Assembly: GCA_039698055.1 (NCBI GenBank)
Contig: JBDKTL010000046.1
Coordinates: 1 to 58,188, forward strand
Reading direction: 5' to 3'
From: Methanoregula sp.
GTDB lineage: Archaea; Halobacteriota; Methanomicrobia; Methanomicrobiales; Methanospirillaceae
Length of the DNA: 58,188 bases
A program made the position numbers and the translations under genes. This document shows, piece after piece, positions 8,980-18,070 of the stretch (positions are counted from its first letter, which is position 1; each line of letters begins with the position of its first letter). The notes under the pieces are model-generated. The model did no database searches and was not told the DNA's origin. It saw only the letters and a list, made by a program, of their open reading frames with translations.

Positions 8980-9490
8980 ACCTGCACAAGGATCAGAACC
9001 GGGTTTTGTTGCTGATCGGATGCTTGGCACCCTCACCCGGTACCTCAGGTTCATGGGCTACGATACGATCAGCGCAAATGGCTTCTCCCCGGGTAATGCA
9101 AAAGAAGATACCCTGCTCCTTGAGATTGCCACGCGGGAACACCGGGTTCTTCTTACCCGGGACCATGAACTTGCCGGCCGGGGCAGCGATCGTGCGGTGC
9201 TTGTGGATTCTGACGATGTGCTGGCGCAGGTCCGGCAACTGGTGGACCTTGGGATCATCACGCGCCGGTGCCTGATGACCCGGTGCTCGCTGTGCAATAC
9301 TGTTCTGCGTCCTGCCACCGCAGAGGAGATTTCCGGTGCGGCATATGCGCCCCGCGATGCGCAGGACTTCGCTTTCTTCTGGTGTGGACCGTGCAAAAAA
9401 TTATACTGGAACGGATCGCACGGGAAACAGTTGTCCCGGCGCATCGGAAACCCCGGTGACGGTGACCCGGATACACTGGAAACCGGATAG
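8969..9490 (+). CDS. Mut7-C RNase domain protein (DUF82, PIN-like + zinc ribbon)
   Basis: ADRMLGTLTRYLR..GYD, LLTRD, RCSLCN...CGPCKKLYWNGSH. Confidence 0.88.
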   Translation: MSPEPAQGSEPGFVADRMLGTLTRYLRFMGYDTISANGFSPGNAKEDTLLLEIATREHRVLLTRDHELAGRGSDRAVLVDSDDVLAQVRQLVDLGIITRRCLMTRCSLCNTVLRPATAEEISGAAYAPRDAQDFAFFWCGPCKKLYWNGSHGKQLSRRIGNPGDGDPDTLETG

Positions 9491-9563
9491 GTTTCTCCTT
9501 TTTCGTGCGGTACAATAATCTATCATTTATTTAGTCAGCGGGAAAACGGGTAGTAAATACAAG

Positions 9564-11066
9564 GTGTCTCCCATACCGACCTTCCGTGCCGCACCCGACC
9601 CTGGCAGTATCACCGGCCAGCGCATTATCGTTGCTACGGTGTCCCTCGCATCGCTGGTGGGAGCACTTGACATGAGCATTGTCAATATCACCGTTCCCAC
9701 GATCATCAAATCCTGGCAGATACCCATTGGCCTTGGATCGCTAATCATCATCTCTTACATGCTCACCATCACCGGCCTGATCCTCTTTATGGGAAAACTG
9801 GGCGACCGGTACGGTTTCCGGTCCCTTTTTACCATCGGCCTTGTGCTCTTTGGCCTGGGCTCATTCCTGTGCGGCGTGTCGACGGAAATTACGAGCATGA
9901 TCGCGTCCCGGGTGATCCAGGGGGCCGGTGCGGCAATGTTTTCTGCGATCGGGCCGGCCGTTATCACCACGTACCTGCCGCTGTCGGTCCGGGGGAAATC
10001 GCTTGGTTTTCTCATTGCCATGTCTGCTGTCGGGTTAGCACTCGGCCCCGGCCTTGGCGGATTTATTTCGCAGTACATCGGGTGGCGCTGGGTGTTTTTC
10101 ATCAACCTCCCGATCGTACTCGTCGCGCTTGTCATGAGCTGGTACAGTATCCCCTCTGCATCGGGGACAACTGAACAAAAACCCCTTAATTTTATCGGAC
10201 CGGCACTCTTTGTCATGGCCCTGATCCTCGTTCTTTCGGCGTTCTCGTTCTACCAGGTACCGGGCACACCGGATTTTGTCCTACTGCTGCTCTTTATGTC
10301 AGGGTGTATAGTGGGTGGGATTTTTGTTCTGCGGGAACGGAACAATCCTGATCCTCTTATCAGCCCGGCTCTTATACGGAACCGGGATTTCCGGCTGGCC
10401 ATTGTCACCTGTTTTATCATAACGCTGCTCTTCTCCGGTGTCACGTACCTGATGCCCCTGTACCTGATCAATTCCCGCCATCTCGACCAGTCCCTGGCCG
10501 GGCTGATTATGACAGTGCCAGCACTGCTCTCGATCGTGGTGGCTCCTGCTGCCGGCAGCCTTGCCGACCGGCATGGGAGCCTTTCCATCTCCATCATCGC
10601 TGTCGGGCTTGCGGCGGCCGGGTTCCTGATCTTTTTTACGTTCAATCCTCTTACGCTGGTTATTGTCATCGTTGCCGGGATGGTTGTCACCCGGGTCTCC
10701 ACGGCAGCGTTCTTTGGCCCGAACGCCCGGCTGATCATGGGGCACTGCCCCCCGGATTCAGTTGGCGACGGGTCCGGGATTATGATGACGGCCCGGCATG
10801 TAGGAATGGTCTTTGGAATTGCCTTTTTCCAGAGTGTATTTGCTATCCGCATGTATGCTGCCGGCATTCCCCGTGACGGGACGCCGCTTGTAGCGAAGTT
10901 GACACCGGCACTTTCCGTACTGGGGTACCAGGCAGTCTACCTGACCGCGTTTGCTCTTTGTATCCTTGTTATCTTCGTTGTACATATGACACGTGATGTG
11001 CCGGATGTGGATACAGGTGCCAAACCGGAAGAACTGAATGCCGATACGGTAATGATCCACGATTGA
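9564..11066 (+). CDS. MFS transporter, DHA2/EmrB-like (14 TM)
   Basis: LDMSIVNI..P, GKLGDRYG, RVIQGAG, GP.LGG, WRWVFFINLP. Confidence 0.92.
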   Translation: MSPIPTFRAAPDPGSITGQRIIVATVSLASLVGALDMSIVNITVPTIIKSWQIPIGLGSLIIISYMLTITGLILFMGKLGDRYGFRSLFTIGLVLFGLGSFLCGVSTEITSMIASRVIQGAGAAMFSAIGPAVITTYLPLSVRGKSLGFLIAMSAVGLALGPGLGGFISQYIGWRWVFFINLPIVLVALVMSWYSIPSASGTTEQKPLNFIGPALFVMALILVLSAFSFYQVPGTPDFVLLLLFMSGCIVGGIFVLRERNNPDPLISPALIRNRDFRLAIVTCFIITLLFSGVTYLMPLYLINSRHLDQSLAGLIMTVPALLSIVVAPAAGSLADRHGSLSISIIAVGLAAAGFLIFFTFNPLTLVIVIVAGMVVTRVSTAAFFGPNARLIMGHCPPDSVGDGSGIMMTARHVGMVFGIAFFQSVFAIRMYAAGIPRDGTPLVAKLTPALSVLGYQAVYLTAFALCILVIFVVHMTRDVPDVDTGAKPEELNADTVMIHD

Positions 11067-11146
11067 GGGTAAAGAACGATCATATCCCACAAAGAGCGTA
11101 CAGTGTCCCTGACCGGCACTCCGCACCGGCACCCCCGGCAGGGGAT

Positions 11147-12691
11147 TTACGAGCCCCGCTGATTTTCAGGGTTCACCGGGGATGAAACGGGCAACAAAAA
11201 CTCCGGTTTTTTTATGGATAAGGGGAGTCCGGACTGGTCATGGTGCACAGTGGGACTGCACGTGGCATTTCCTTCACGGTTAGCGCTATGGTGCATGCCA
11301 TAGAGGAAGTATACCGCGAGACCGATCCCGAGCCAGACGACAAACATGAGATGGGCAAGGGTATTGAGGTTGAAGATCAGGAATGAACAGGTGCCGACAC
11401 AGAGGAGGGGAATGACCGGCACAAAGGGACAAGAGAACGGCCGGACAAGATCCGGCCGCTGAACCCTTAAGAGGAGGATGCCGATGGCAACGATTGCAAA
11501 GGCCACAAGCGTGCCCATGTTTACCAGTTCTGCAATGATCTTCAGGGGGAAGAAACCGGCGATGAATGCCGTGAGTATACCGGTGAACAGGATCACTTTT
11601 ACCGGTGTCTGTGTTTTCTGGTGGATTTTTGAAAAAAATGACGGTAACAGGCCGTCCCGGGACATGGCAAAAAAAATCCGGCTCTGGCCAAACAGCATGA
11701 CCAGGATCACCAAGGTCATGCCGCAGAGTGCACCGACAGATACCACAGCGGCACCCCATGATATTCCGATCCGTTCAAGAGCAAAGGCTATCGGGGCATT
11801 GATGGCATCCGCACCGGCAAGTTCCGCAACCGGCACAATCCCGGTAAGGATTACCCCGAGCACGATATAGAGGACGATGCAGATGGCAAGAGAGCCGATA
11901 AGCCCGAGGGGGAGGCTCTTTTTAGGATCTTTTGTCTCCTCGGCAGCCGTGACGACCGCATCAAACCCGGTAAAAGCAAAAAAAATAATAGCCGCGCCCG
12001 AGAACACACCGAGCCACCCTTTAGGTGGCATGAAGGGTGTCCAGTTTGCCGGGTTGATGGAAAAGAGTCCAAGAATAATAAACAGGACAATAACTGCAAT
12101 CTTGATCCCGACGATGGCTGCATTTGTCCGCGCACTATTTTTGGTCCCCCGTATTAACAGCAGGGAAAGGCACAGGACAATAAAGATGGCTGGCAGGTTG
12201 ACAATTCCATTGTCCGTTCCCGGTGGATTCACAAGAGCGGGCGGAAGAAAGAATCCAAGGGACACAAGCAGGGCATTGAGATACCCGGACCAGCCGATTG
12301 CCACAGCAGAAACTGCAAGGCCGTACTCAAGAATAAGATCCCAGCCGATGATCCAGGCCCAGATTTCGCCAAGCGTTGCATAGCAGTAGGTATAGGCACT
12401 GCCCGCGATCGGGATCATGGCAGAAAATTCCGCATAGCAAAGTGCAGCAAAGAGGCAGGCAACGCCGGCAATGGCAAAAGAGACCGGCAGTGCGTTGCCT
12501 GCATGCAGCCCCGCGACAATTCCGGACAGGACAAATATTCCCATTCCGATAATTCCGCCGATCCCGAGCATGACAAGATCAAACGGGGTCAGGGTACGTT
12601 TGAGGGCATGGTCGCTGTTCAGATCAGACATCATCTTGGTGATCTGTTTTTTCTGGAAGATGGCGTGGTCAAGGAGTAATCCTTTATTCAT
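11147..12691 (-). CDS. Amino acid permease (APC superfamily, CAT-like)
   Basis: LGIGGIIGMGIFVL, YAEF...P.AGSAYTY, FFAFTGFD, AEE..DP, SRDGLLP; start uncertain. Confidence 0.93.
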   Translation of the reverse strand: MNKGLLLDHAIFQKKQITKMMSDLNSDHALKRTLTPFDLVMLGIGGIIGMGIFVLSGIVAGLHAGNALPVSFAIAGVACLFAALCYAEFSAMIPIAGSAYTYCYATLGEIWAWIIGWDLILEYGLAVSAVAIGWSGYLNALLVSLGFFLPPALVNPPGTDNGIVNLPAIFIVLCLSLLLIRGTKNSARTNAAIVGIKIAVIVLFIILGLFSINPANWTPFMPPKGWLGVFSGAAIIFFAFTGFDAVVTAAEETKDPKKSLPLGLIGSLAICIVLYIVLGVILTGIVPVAELAGADAINAPIAFALERIGISWGAAVVSVGALCGMTLVILVMLFGQSRIFFAMSRDGLLPSFFSKIHQKTQTPVKVILFTGILTAFIAGFFPLKIIAELVNMGTLVAFAIVAIGILLLRVQRPDLVRPFSCPFVPVIPLLCVGTCSFLIFNLNTLAHLMFVVWLGIGLAVYFLYGMHHSANREGNATCSPTVHHDQSGLPLSIKKPEFLLPVSSPVNPENQRGS

Positions 12692-13079
12692 AATCGGCCT
12701 CGATTCAAGCGATTTTTTTTTGCATGCGGGGAAAATACGGAGAGCTGCCGAAGAGATTTGCCCCACCGGAGCCTGAGATGAATGTACGCTGACTGAATTC
12801 CCGGTAATTGTAATCTCCCATTTAAACGTGATAAAAAAACTGATGAGTGAAAAAAATATTTCACTAAAAATCGCCCCGATTTTTAAAATACGGTCTGGAT
12901 GGGTGCAAAAATAATTTCACTCATCGCCGTATTTATACTGGACTCACGTGAAAATGATATCCTGTGCAGGGATTGAACCGCTGGCGGGTGTCGGTACGGG
13001 AGACGATATCTTACCGGCAGCCGCATAAAAAACCGGAAATTTGGGGTCTGGTAACAGGATCCGGCAGGAACTGTGCAGT

Positions 13080-14111
13080 ATGATCAACGGATATCCTGTC
13101 GATGTTTCCGTGACCGTGAACTTACTCTTGAGTATCGGCATCGTCTTTGTCAGTATATGGGGCTATCATAAGATTGGCAGGGTGACACCGCTGTTTTTCG
13201 GGTTTGCCTATACCTTGTTTGCCATTTCCCATTATCTCATTTTAACCGGAGAGAACAATGCAGCCGGGATCATTTTTTTTATCCTTCGTACGGGGGGTTA
13301 TGCCTTTGTGGTCATCGGTCTCTTTGCCCTCCTGAAAGATATCATATGGCGGCAGGAAGCGGAAATGGAACTGGCCCGGTTTACCAGCCGGCTTGAAAAC
13401 CGCGTTCTTGAACGGACGGCCGATCTTGCACAGGCAAATGAGATGCTCATTGCCGAGGTCTCTCATCGTTCCCTTGCAGATAAAAGCCTCACACAATCCC
13501 TGCATGAGAAAGAGGTACTCATAAAAGAGATCCACCACCGGGTGAAAAACAATCTCCAGATCATCGTAAGCCTCCTGTACCTCCAAGCCCAAAAGACACA
13601 GGACCCTGCCTGTGAAGCTGCCCTTGCCGACAGCCAGACCCGGATACGATCCATGGCGCTCATTCACGAGAACCTGTACCAGTCCGGCGATCTTGCATCT
13701 GTCGATTTTAACCGGTACCTCAGGAACCTGTCCGGCAATCTCATGGTAGCCTATGATACCGGTCGTCACGGCATCCGTGTTACCACTGACGCACCGGATC
13801 TTGTCGTGAATATAACCACTGCGATCCCCCTGGGCCTGATTGCAAATGAACTGATCTCAAATGCCCTCAAGTACGCGTTTTCGGGACGTGATGGCGGAGA
13901 GATCACGCTGACCGGGTACCGGGAAAAAGAACGGATAATGCTGGTTGTCAGGGATAACGGGCGCGGAATCCCGGAAGAGTTTGACTGGCAGCACGCAGAT
14001 TCCCTGGGATTCAGCCTGGTACTGATGCTGGTGCGGCAGCTGAAAGGGACGATCACCCTTGACCGCACAAACGGGACGACCTTTGTTATTATTCTCCCGA
14101 ATCCGGAGTGA
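13080..14111 (+). CDS. Membrane-bound sensor histidine kinase (HisKA_2 type)
   Basis: N-terminal TM helices, EIHHRVKNNLQ H-box, NELISNALKY, DNGRG, SLG. Confidence 0.93.
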   Translation: MINGYPVDVSVTVNLLLSIGIVFVSIWGYHKIGRVTPLFFGFAYTLFAISHYLILTGENNAAGIIFFILRTGGYAFVVIGLFALLKDIIWRQEAEMELARFTSRLENRVLERTADLAQANEMLIAEVSHRSLADKSLTQSLHEKEVLIKEIHHRVKNNLQIIVSLLYLQAQKTQDPACEAALADSQTRIRSMALIHENLYQSGDLASVDFNRYLRNLSGNLMVAYDTGRHGIRVTTDAPDLVVNITTAIPLGLIANELISNALKYAFSGRDGGEITLTGYREKERIMLVVRDNGRGIPEEFDWQHADSLGFSLVLMLVRQLKGTITLDRTNGTTFVIILPNPE

Positions 14112-14112
14112 A

Positions 14113-15054
14113 ATGATGCTTGAAAAACAGCCGTTGATACTTATTGTTGAGGATGAATTGATTGTTGCAGAGAACCTGCGGATTGTCTTAACCGGCATGG
14201 GGTACAATGTTCCTGAACCTGCCGGGAGCAGCGGGGAGGCACTGGCACGGGTATCCGAGATCCATCCGGATCTAATCCTGATGGATATTGTGCTTGAAGG
14301 ATCCCCGATGGATGGGATAGAGACTGCAAAAAAGATGCACCAGTACGGAGATGTCCCGGTGATTTTTGTGACCGCGTATTCCGATGAGAATACCCTTATG
14401 CGGGTGAAGGGCACGGAACCGTATGCCTATATTCTTAAACCGTTTAACGAACGGGAACTGTCTGCTGCCATCGAACTGGCACTCCAGCGATACCACCTCG
14501 ATCGGGAGATTAAAAAACGCGATAATCTCCTGTTTGCCATCAGTTTTGCCATTGAGTGGTTCCTGCGCAGGTGCCGTGCCATTCCCTCGGACGATCCGCG
14601 GTACGAGAAAAATCTTGAAACCGGGATCATGGAAATCCTTGAACATATCGGGTTTGCCGTTCAAGCGGCGGGTGTCTGCATATTCCGCCTGAATCCCGGG
14701 AGCGGGGGGAACTATGGCGCGACCGTTCAGTACCTGTGGGTCGATCCGGGAACTTCGGGATGTGGGAGGATTTCGATTTCGGGCATGGAATCTATCACGT
14801 TTACGACAAGCCTGTGGAGATCGCTTCTTGGGAGTGGTAATACCATTGCCGGGGATGTGAAAAAGTTTCCCGATGGGGAACGCCGGTTCTTTGAGAAATG
14901 CGGGATCAACTCGATTGCCGTTTTCCCCCTTTTTAAAAAGGACACCCTCTGGGGCTTTGTGGGTTTTTACGATACCGGACATCGCGACTGGTCGGACAGC
15001 GAGATGGAGGGTCTCCAAATCGCAGGAAACCTGTTAGGTGCCGTGCTTGAATGA
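14113..15054 (+). CDS. Response regulator receiver + GAF domain protein
   Basis: IVEDE, LMDI, FVTAY, KPF receiver motifs; C-terminal GINSIAVFPL...LWGFVGF GAF pattern. Confidence 0.9.
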   Translation: MMLEKQPLILIVEDELIVAENLRIVLTGMGYNVPEPAGSSGEALARVSEIHPDLILMDIVLEGSPMDGIETAKKMHQYGDVPVIFVTAYSDENTLMRVKGTEPYAYILKPFNERELSAAIELALQRYHLDREIKKRDNLLFAISFAIEWFLRRCRAIPSDDPRYEKNLETGIMEILEHIGFAVQAAGVCIFRLNPGSGGNYGATVQYLWVDPGTSGCGRISISGMESITFTTSLWRSLLGSGNTIAGDVKKFPDGERRFFEKCGINSIAVFPLFKKDTLWGFVGFYDTGHRDWSDSEMEGLQIAGNLLGAVLE

Positions 15055-15120
15055 GATGCGATTAAAAAGAGAGCATTTTTTTGATTTGATGCAGAGCCTG
15101 TTTTCCCCATCAATTTTCTC

Positions 15121-15900
15121 TTAAATCTCCTGCGTGAGAATCTTGTAAAACTTATCGGCCGCGTTGCGCTCGATCCATGGCCGGTGGCCGCATTTCTCCA
15201 GCAGGATAAACCGGAAGTCGGTTAGTTCTTTTGTAAGCGGAACCTTGACCCCGTCAGCCGGATGGGGATCCCAGTCCCCGTGGATTGCAACCACCGGGCA
15301 GGCGATCGATCGCGCCATCATCAGAAGAGACTTCTTGCGCCGTAGTTCAGATGCCTCGTCCCAGACTCCTTTGTATATATCATACTGGCGATGGAATGAC
15401 TCCTCTTCTACTGGTAGTGGATCGAACGCATCAGCATGTGCAAGCAGGTTGCCCAGCTGTGCAAGGATGAGATTTTTATCACCGCCCTGACCGGTTTCAA
15501 CCTGTTCAAGCAGGATTTTGGTCTCGGATTGTTCGGCAGGCGAGAGCCGCCCGAGACGGGTGGTGGTGATAGCGGTAGTATACTGGTCTTCAAACGGTGC
15601 GCTGCTGACAAGGATCAGTTTTTTCACGAGTTCCGGGTACCGTGCAGCAACAATCCAGGAAAGAAAAGCTCCCCACGAGAACCCGACCAGCGTCACGGGC
15701 TGCTGCCCGTATGTCGTGAGCACCAAACGGAGCTCGCGCACCTGCCCTTCCAGCGTTGTCTCGGTCTGGAGCGGTTCAAGAACGCCTTTTACCGTTGAAA
15801 TTTCACGGGCAACGGTTGCCATCTCCCCCGGGGCACCCGGGCCGCCGTGGATGACGGCAACCGAATACGGACTGGGCCCCCATTTCCTCACCGGGCTCAT
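15121..15900 (-). CDS. Alpha/beta-fold hydrolase
   Basis: HGGPG, GFSWG nucleophile elbow, IHGDWD, CGHRPW. Confidence 0.9.
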   Translation of the reverse strand: MSPVRKWGPSPYSVAVIHGGPGAPGEMATVAREISTVKGVLEPLQTETTLEGQVRELRLVLTTYGQQPVTLVGFSWGAFLSWIVAARYPELVKKLILVSSAPFEDQYTTAITTTRLGRLSPAEQSETKILLEQVETGQGGDKNLILAQLGNLLAHADAFDPLPVEEESFHRQYDIYKGVWDEASELRRKKSLLMMARSIACPVVAIHGDWDPHPADGVKVPLTKELTDFRFILLEKCGHRPWIERNAADKFYKILTQEI

Positions 15901-15963
15901 AAGCAGTACCCGGTTATTTCCCTGACGGATAAAATGTTCGAGATCAAAAAAGAAAAACCGGTA

Positions 15964-16482
15964 TCAGGATTGTTTCCCCGCTCTCTGCATCAGTGCCAGC
16001 AGACCTGCGAGAATTGCGGTGGGTGTTGGCGGGTTGCCGGGAATTTTTATATCAACGGGAAAAAGTTTGTCCGCCCCGCCCAGCACCGCATACGTCCCTT
16101 TGAAGATCCCGCCATCGCAGGCATCGTCCCCAACCGCCACGACAAATTTCGGCGACGGCATGGCATCATAGGTTTTTTGTGCGGCAATGGTCATGTTGTG
16201 CGTCACGGCGCCCGTGACCATCAGCACGTCCGCGTGACGTGGCGAAGCGACAAAACTGATGCCGAACCGCTCCACATCGTAAAATGCGTTGGACAGATTG
16301 TTGATCTCGATCTCGGCGGCGTTGTCGCTGCCGGTATCCAGTTCGCGGATGGCAAGGCTGCGCCCGAACCGGGCATCGATCTCCCGTTTGATTGCCTGCC
16401 CGATATCTTCAATTTCCTCATCGCGAACGGGCGTTGGTTCGGTCATTTTTTTCTTGAACAGGCAGGAAAATGCATTGACCAT
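15964..16482 (-). CDS. NuoB/HyfI/EhrS-like small subunit with the Fe-S cysteines substituted
   Basis: YDVERFG..FVASPRHAD..VTG signature; ligand sites read GSDNAA, VGDDAC, PGNPP. Confidence 0.9.
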   Translation of the reverse strand: MVNAFSCLFKKKMTEPTPVRDEEIEDIGQAIKREIDARFGRSLAIRELDTGSDNAAEIEINNLSNAFYDVERFGISFVASPRHADVLMVTGAVTHNMTIAAQKTYDAMPSPKFVVAVGDDACDGGIFKGTYAVLGGADKLFPVDIKIPGNPPTPTAILAGLLALMQRAGKQS

Positions 16483-16492
16483 TCAGATCACC

Positions 16493-18070
16493 TCACAAAT
16501 CCGTCCCGGCGTATGACAGGTTCAGGCTCTTGTTGATCACCGGGAAATCTGCGATGATATTTCCCGGCGCCGCATGTTCGATTGCCAGCCAGTTCCCAAA
16601 CGATGCGGTCCGGACTTTATACCGGTCGACCACGCCGTTTTTAATGGAGAGCCAGCAGAGATTTTCACCCCGTGCTGATTCGACAAGGGAAAGGGCATAC
16701 CCGTCGTGAACCGGTGCGGAGCTGCGGACATCCCCGCTGGGAATTGCTGCAATCATCTTTTCGATCATGTCCAGTGAGTCCATGATCTCCGCAGCTTTTA
16801 TCGTAAACCGGGCGATCACATCCCCGTCATGCAGGGGTTTCGATTCAGGCCGGAACCGGTCATAGATCCCATACGGGTGGTATACCCGCACATCCACTAT
16901 CCCGCCGGACGCCCGCGCCATCGGTCCGGTGATGTTGAGCGGGCGCAGCAGCTCTTTTTTGATAATGCCGGTTGTCGTGAACCGGTCGATTACCGAAGGT
17001 GTTGAGAGGACAATCTTGAGACCGACCTTGTATTGTTTCCGGAAATCTCTGATGAATCCTGCAAGTTCCTGGAGCGATGAGTTTTCGATATCTTTTGTTA
17101 CCCCGCCAATGCAGATCATGCCACGCATGAACCGGGAACCGGTAAGAGTTGCACCCTCCCGGAATATTTCCTCACGCAGCACCGAGAACTGACTGGCGCC
17201 CAGCGGGAATGCGACATCGGTGAGCATCCCTGCCTGATCGCCAAGATGCGAGCAGACCCGTTCCAGTTCGCACAAAATTGTCCGCAGGTACCATGCCCGG
17301 TCCGGAACAGGAATGCCAGAGGTCCGCTCTGCCGCTATACAGAAATTGGTTGCGTTTGCTACGGACTCATCGCCGCTGATCGCTTCGGCAACCACGACGC
17401 AGTCCGCTGGCAGTTTTCCTTCCGCACATTTCTCGATGCCCCGGTGCGTGTAGAACATGCGGATCTCAAGGCCAAACACCGTTTCCCCGATGACGCTGAA
17501 CCGGAAATGACCCGGTTCGATGATCCCGGCATGCACCGGCCCGACGGCAACCTGGTACACCCCGTCGCCCGTGATTTTACGGAACGGGTATTCTTCTGTC
17601 GGGCTGACCGATTCTTTTACGGCAACCGGGACATTGCGCACCGATTTCTGCAGAGGGTGGAACCCGGCCGGATAGGATTCGTGCAAAAACAGCCTGCGGG
17701 TGTCAAATGCCCCGTCAAACTCCACGCCAAAACCGTCACGGCATTCCCGTTCGAACCATGATGCGGAAGGAAAAACTGACGCAATGGACCGGGCCCGGTC
17801 ATTCACGTTGCGCACAAGGATCAAAATGTTATCCTTCCGGATAAAGACCGAGAGCAGTGAATAGGGCCATTCTTCACTGAACCCTTCGACACAGAACAGC
17901 GCCGCAAGGACGAATTTGTGTGCCGCAAGATACGGGACGGCACAAGCAAATTCCGAATCTGAAACGGTCAGGTAGGATTCATTGTTCGAGCCGATTGCGA
18001 TCCGGGAAGGAGCATCAGCGCCAAACAGTTCAGCAACCACAGTTTTCAGGATATCGGGTGGTTCTGTCAT
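16493..18070 (-). CDS. Ehr large subunit (NuoC+NuoD / HyfG-like) lacking NiFe-binding motifs
   Basis: WFERE..D.FG (NuoC-like), GPVHAGIIEPGHFRF, YTHRGIEK, ESARGE, C-terminal DFPVINKSLNLSYAGTDL. Confidence 0.92.
   Translation of the reverse strand: MTEPPDILKTVVAELFGADAPSRIAIGSNNESYLTVSDSEFACAVPYLAAHKFVLAALFCVEGFSEEWPYSLLSVFIRKDNILILVRNVNDRARSIASVFPSASWFERECRDGFGVEFDGAFDTRRLFLHESYPAGFHPLQKSVRNVPVAVKESVSPTEEYPFRKITGDGVYQVAVGPVHAGIIEPGHFRFSVIGETVFGLEIRMFYTHRGIEKCAEGKLPADCVVVAEAISGDESVANATNFCIAAERTSGIPVPDRAWYLRTILCELERVCSHLGDQAGMLTDVAFPLGASQFSVLREEIFREGATLTGSRFMRGMICIGGVTKDIENSSLQELAGFIRDFRKQYKVGLKIVLSTPSVIDRFTTTGIIKKELLRPLNITGPMARASGGIVDVRVYHPYGIYDRFRPESKPLHDGDVIARFTIKAAEIMDSLDMIEKMIAAIPSGDVRSSAPVHDGYALSLVESARGENLCWLSIKNGVVDRYKVRTASFGNWLAIEHAAPGNIIADFPVINKSLNLSYAGTDL

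Noticed and set aside
15964-16482. Pseudogene, selenocysteine recoding or sequencing error explaining the missing Cys
   Set aside because: The ORF is intact with a strong SD (GAGGTGA); the substituted codons are sense codons two changes from Cys, not TGA.
16493-18070. Functional [NiFe] group 4 hydrogenase / formate hydrogenlyase
   Set aside because: Both NiFe-binding CxxC motifs are absent, and there are no maturation or formate dehydrogenase genes nearby.
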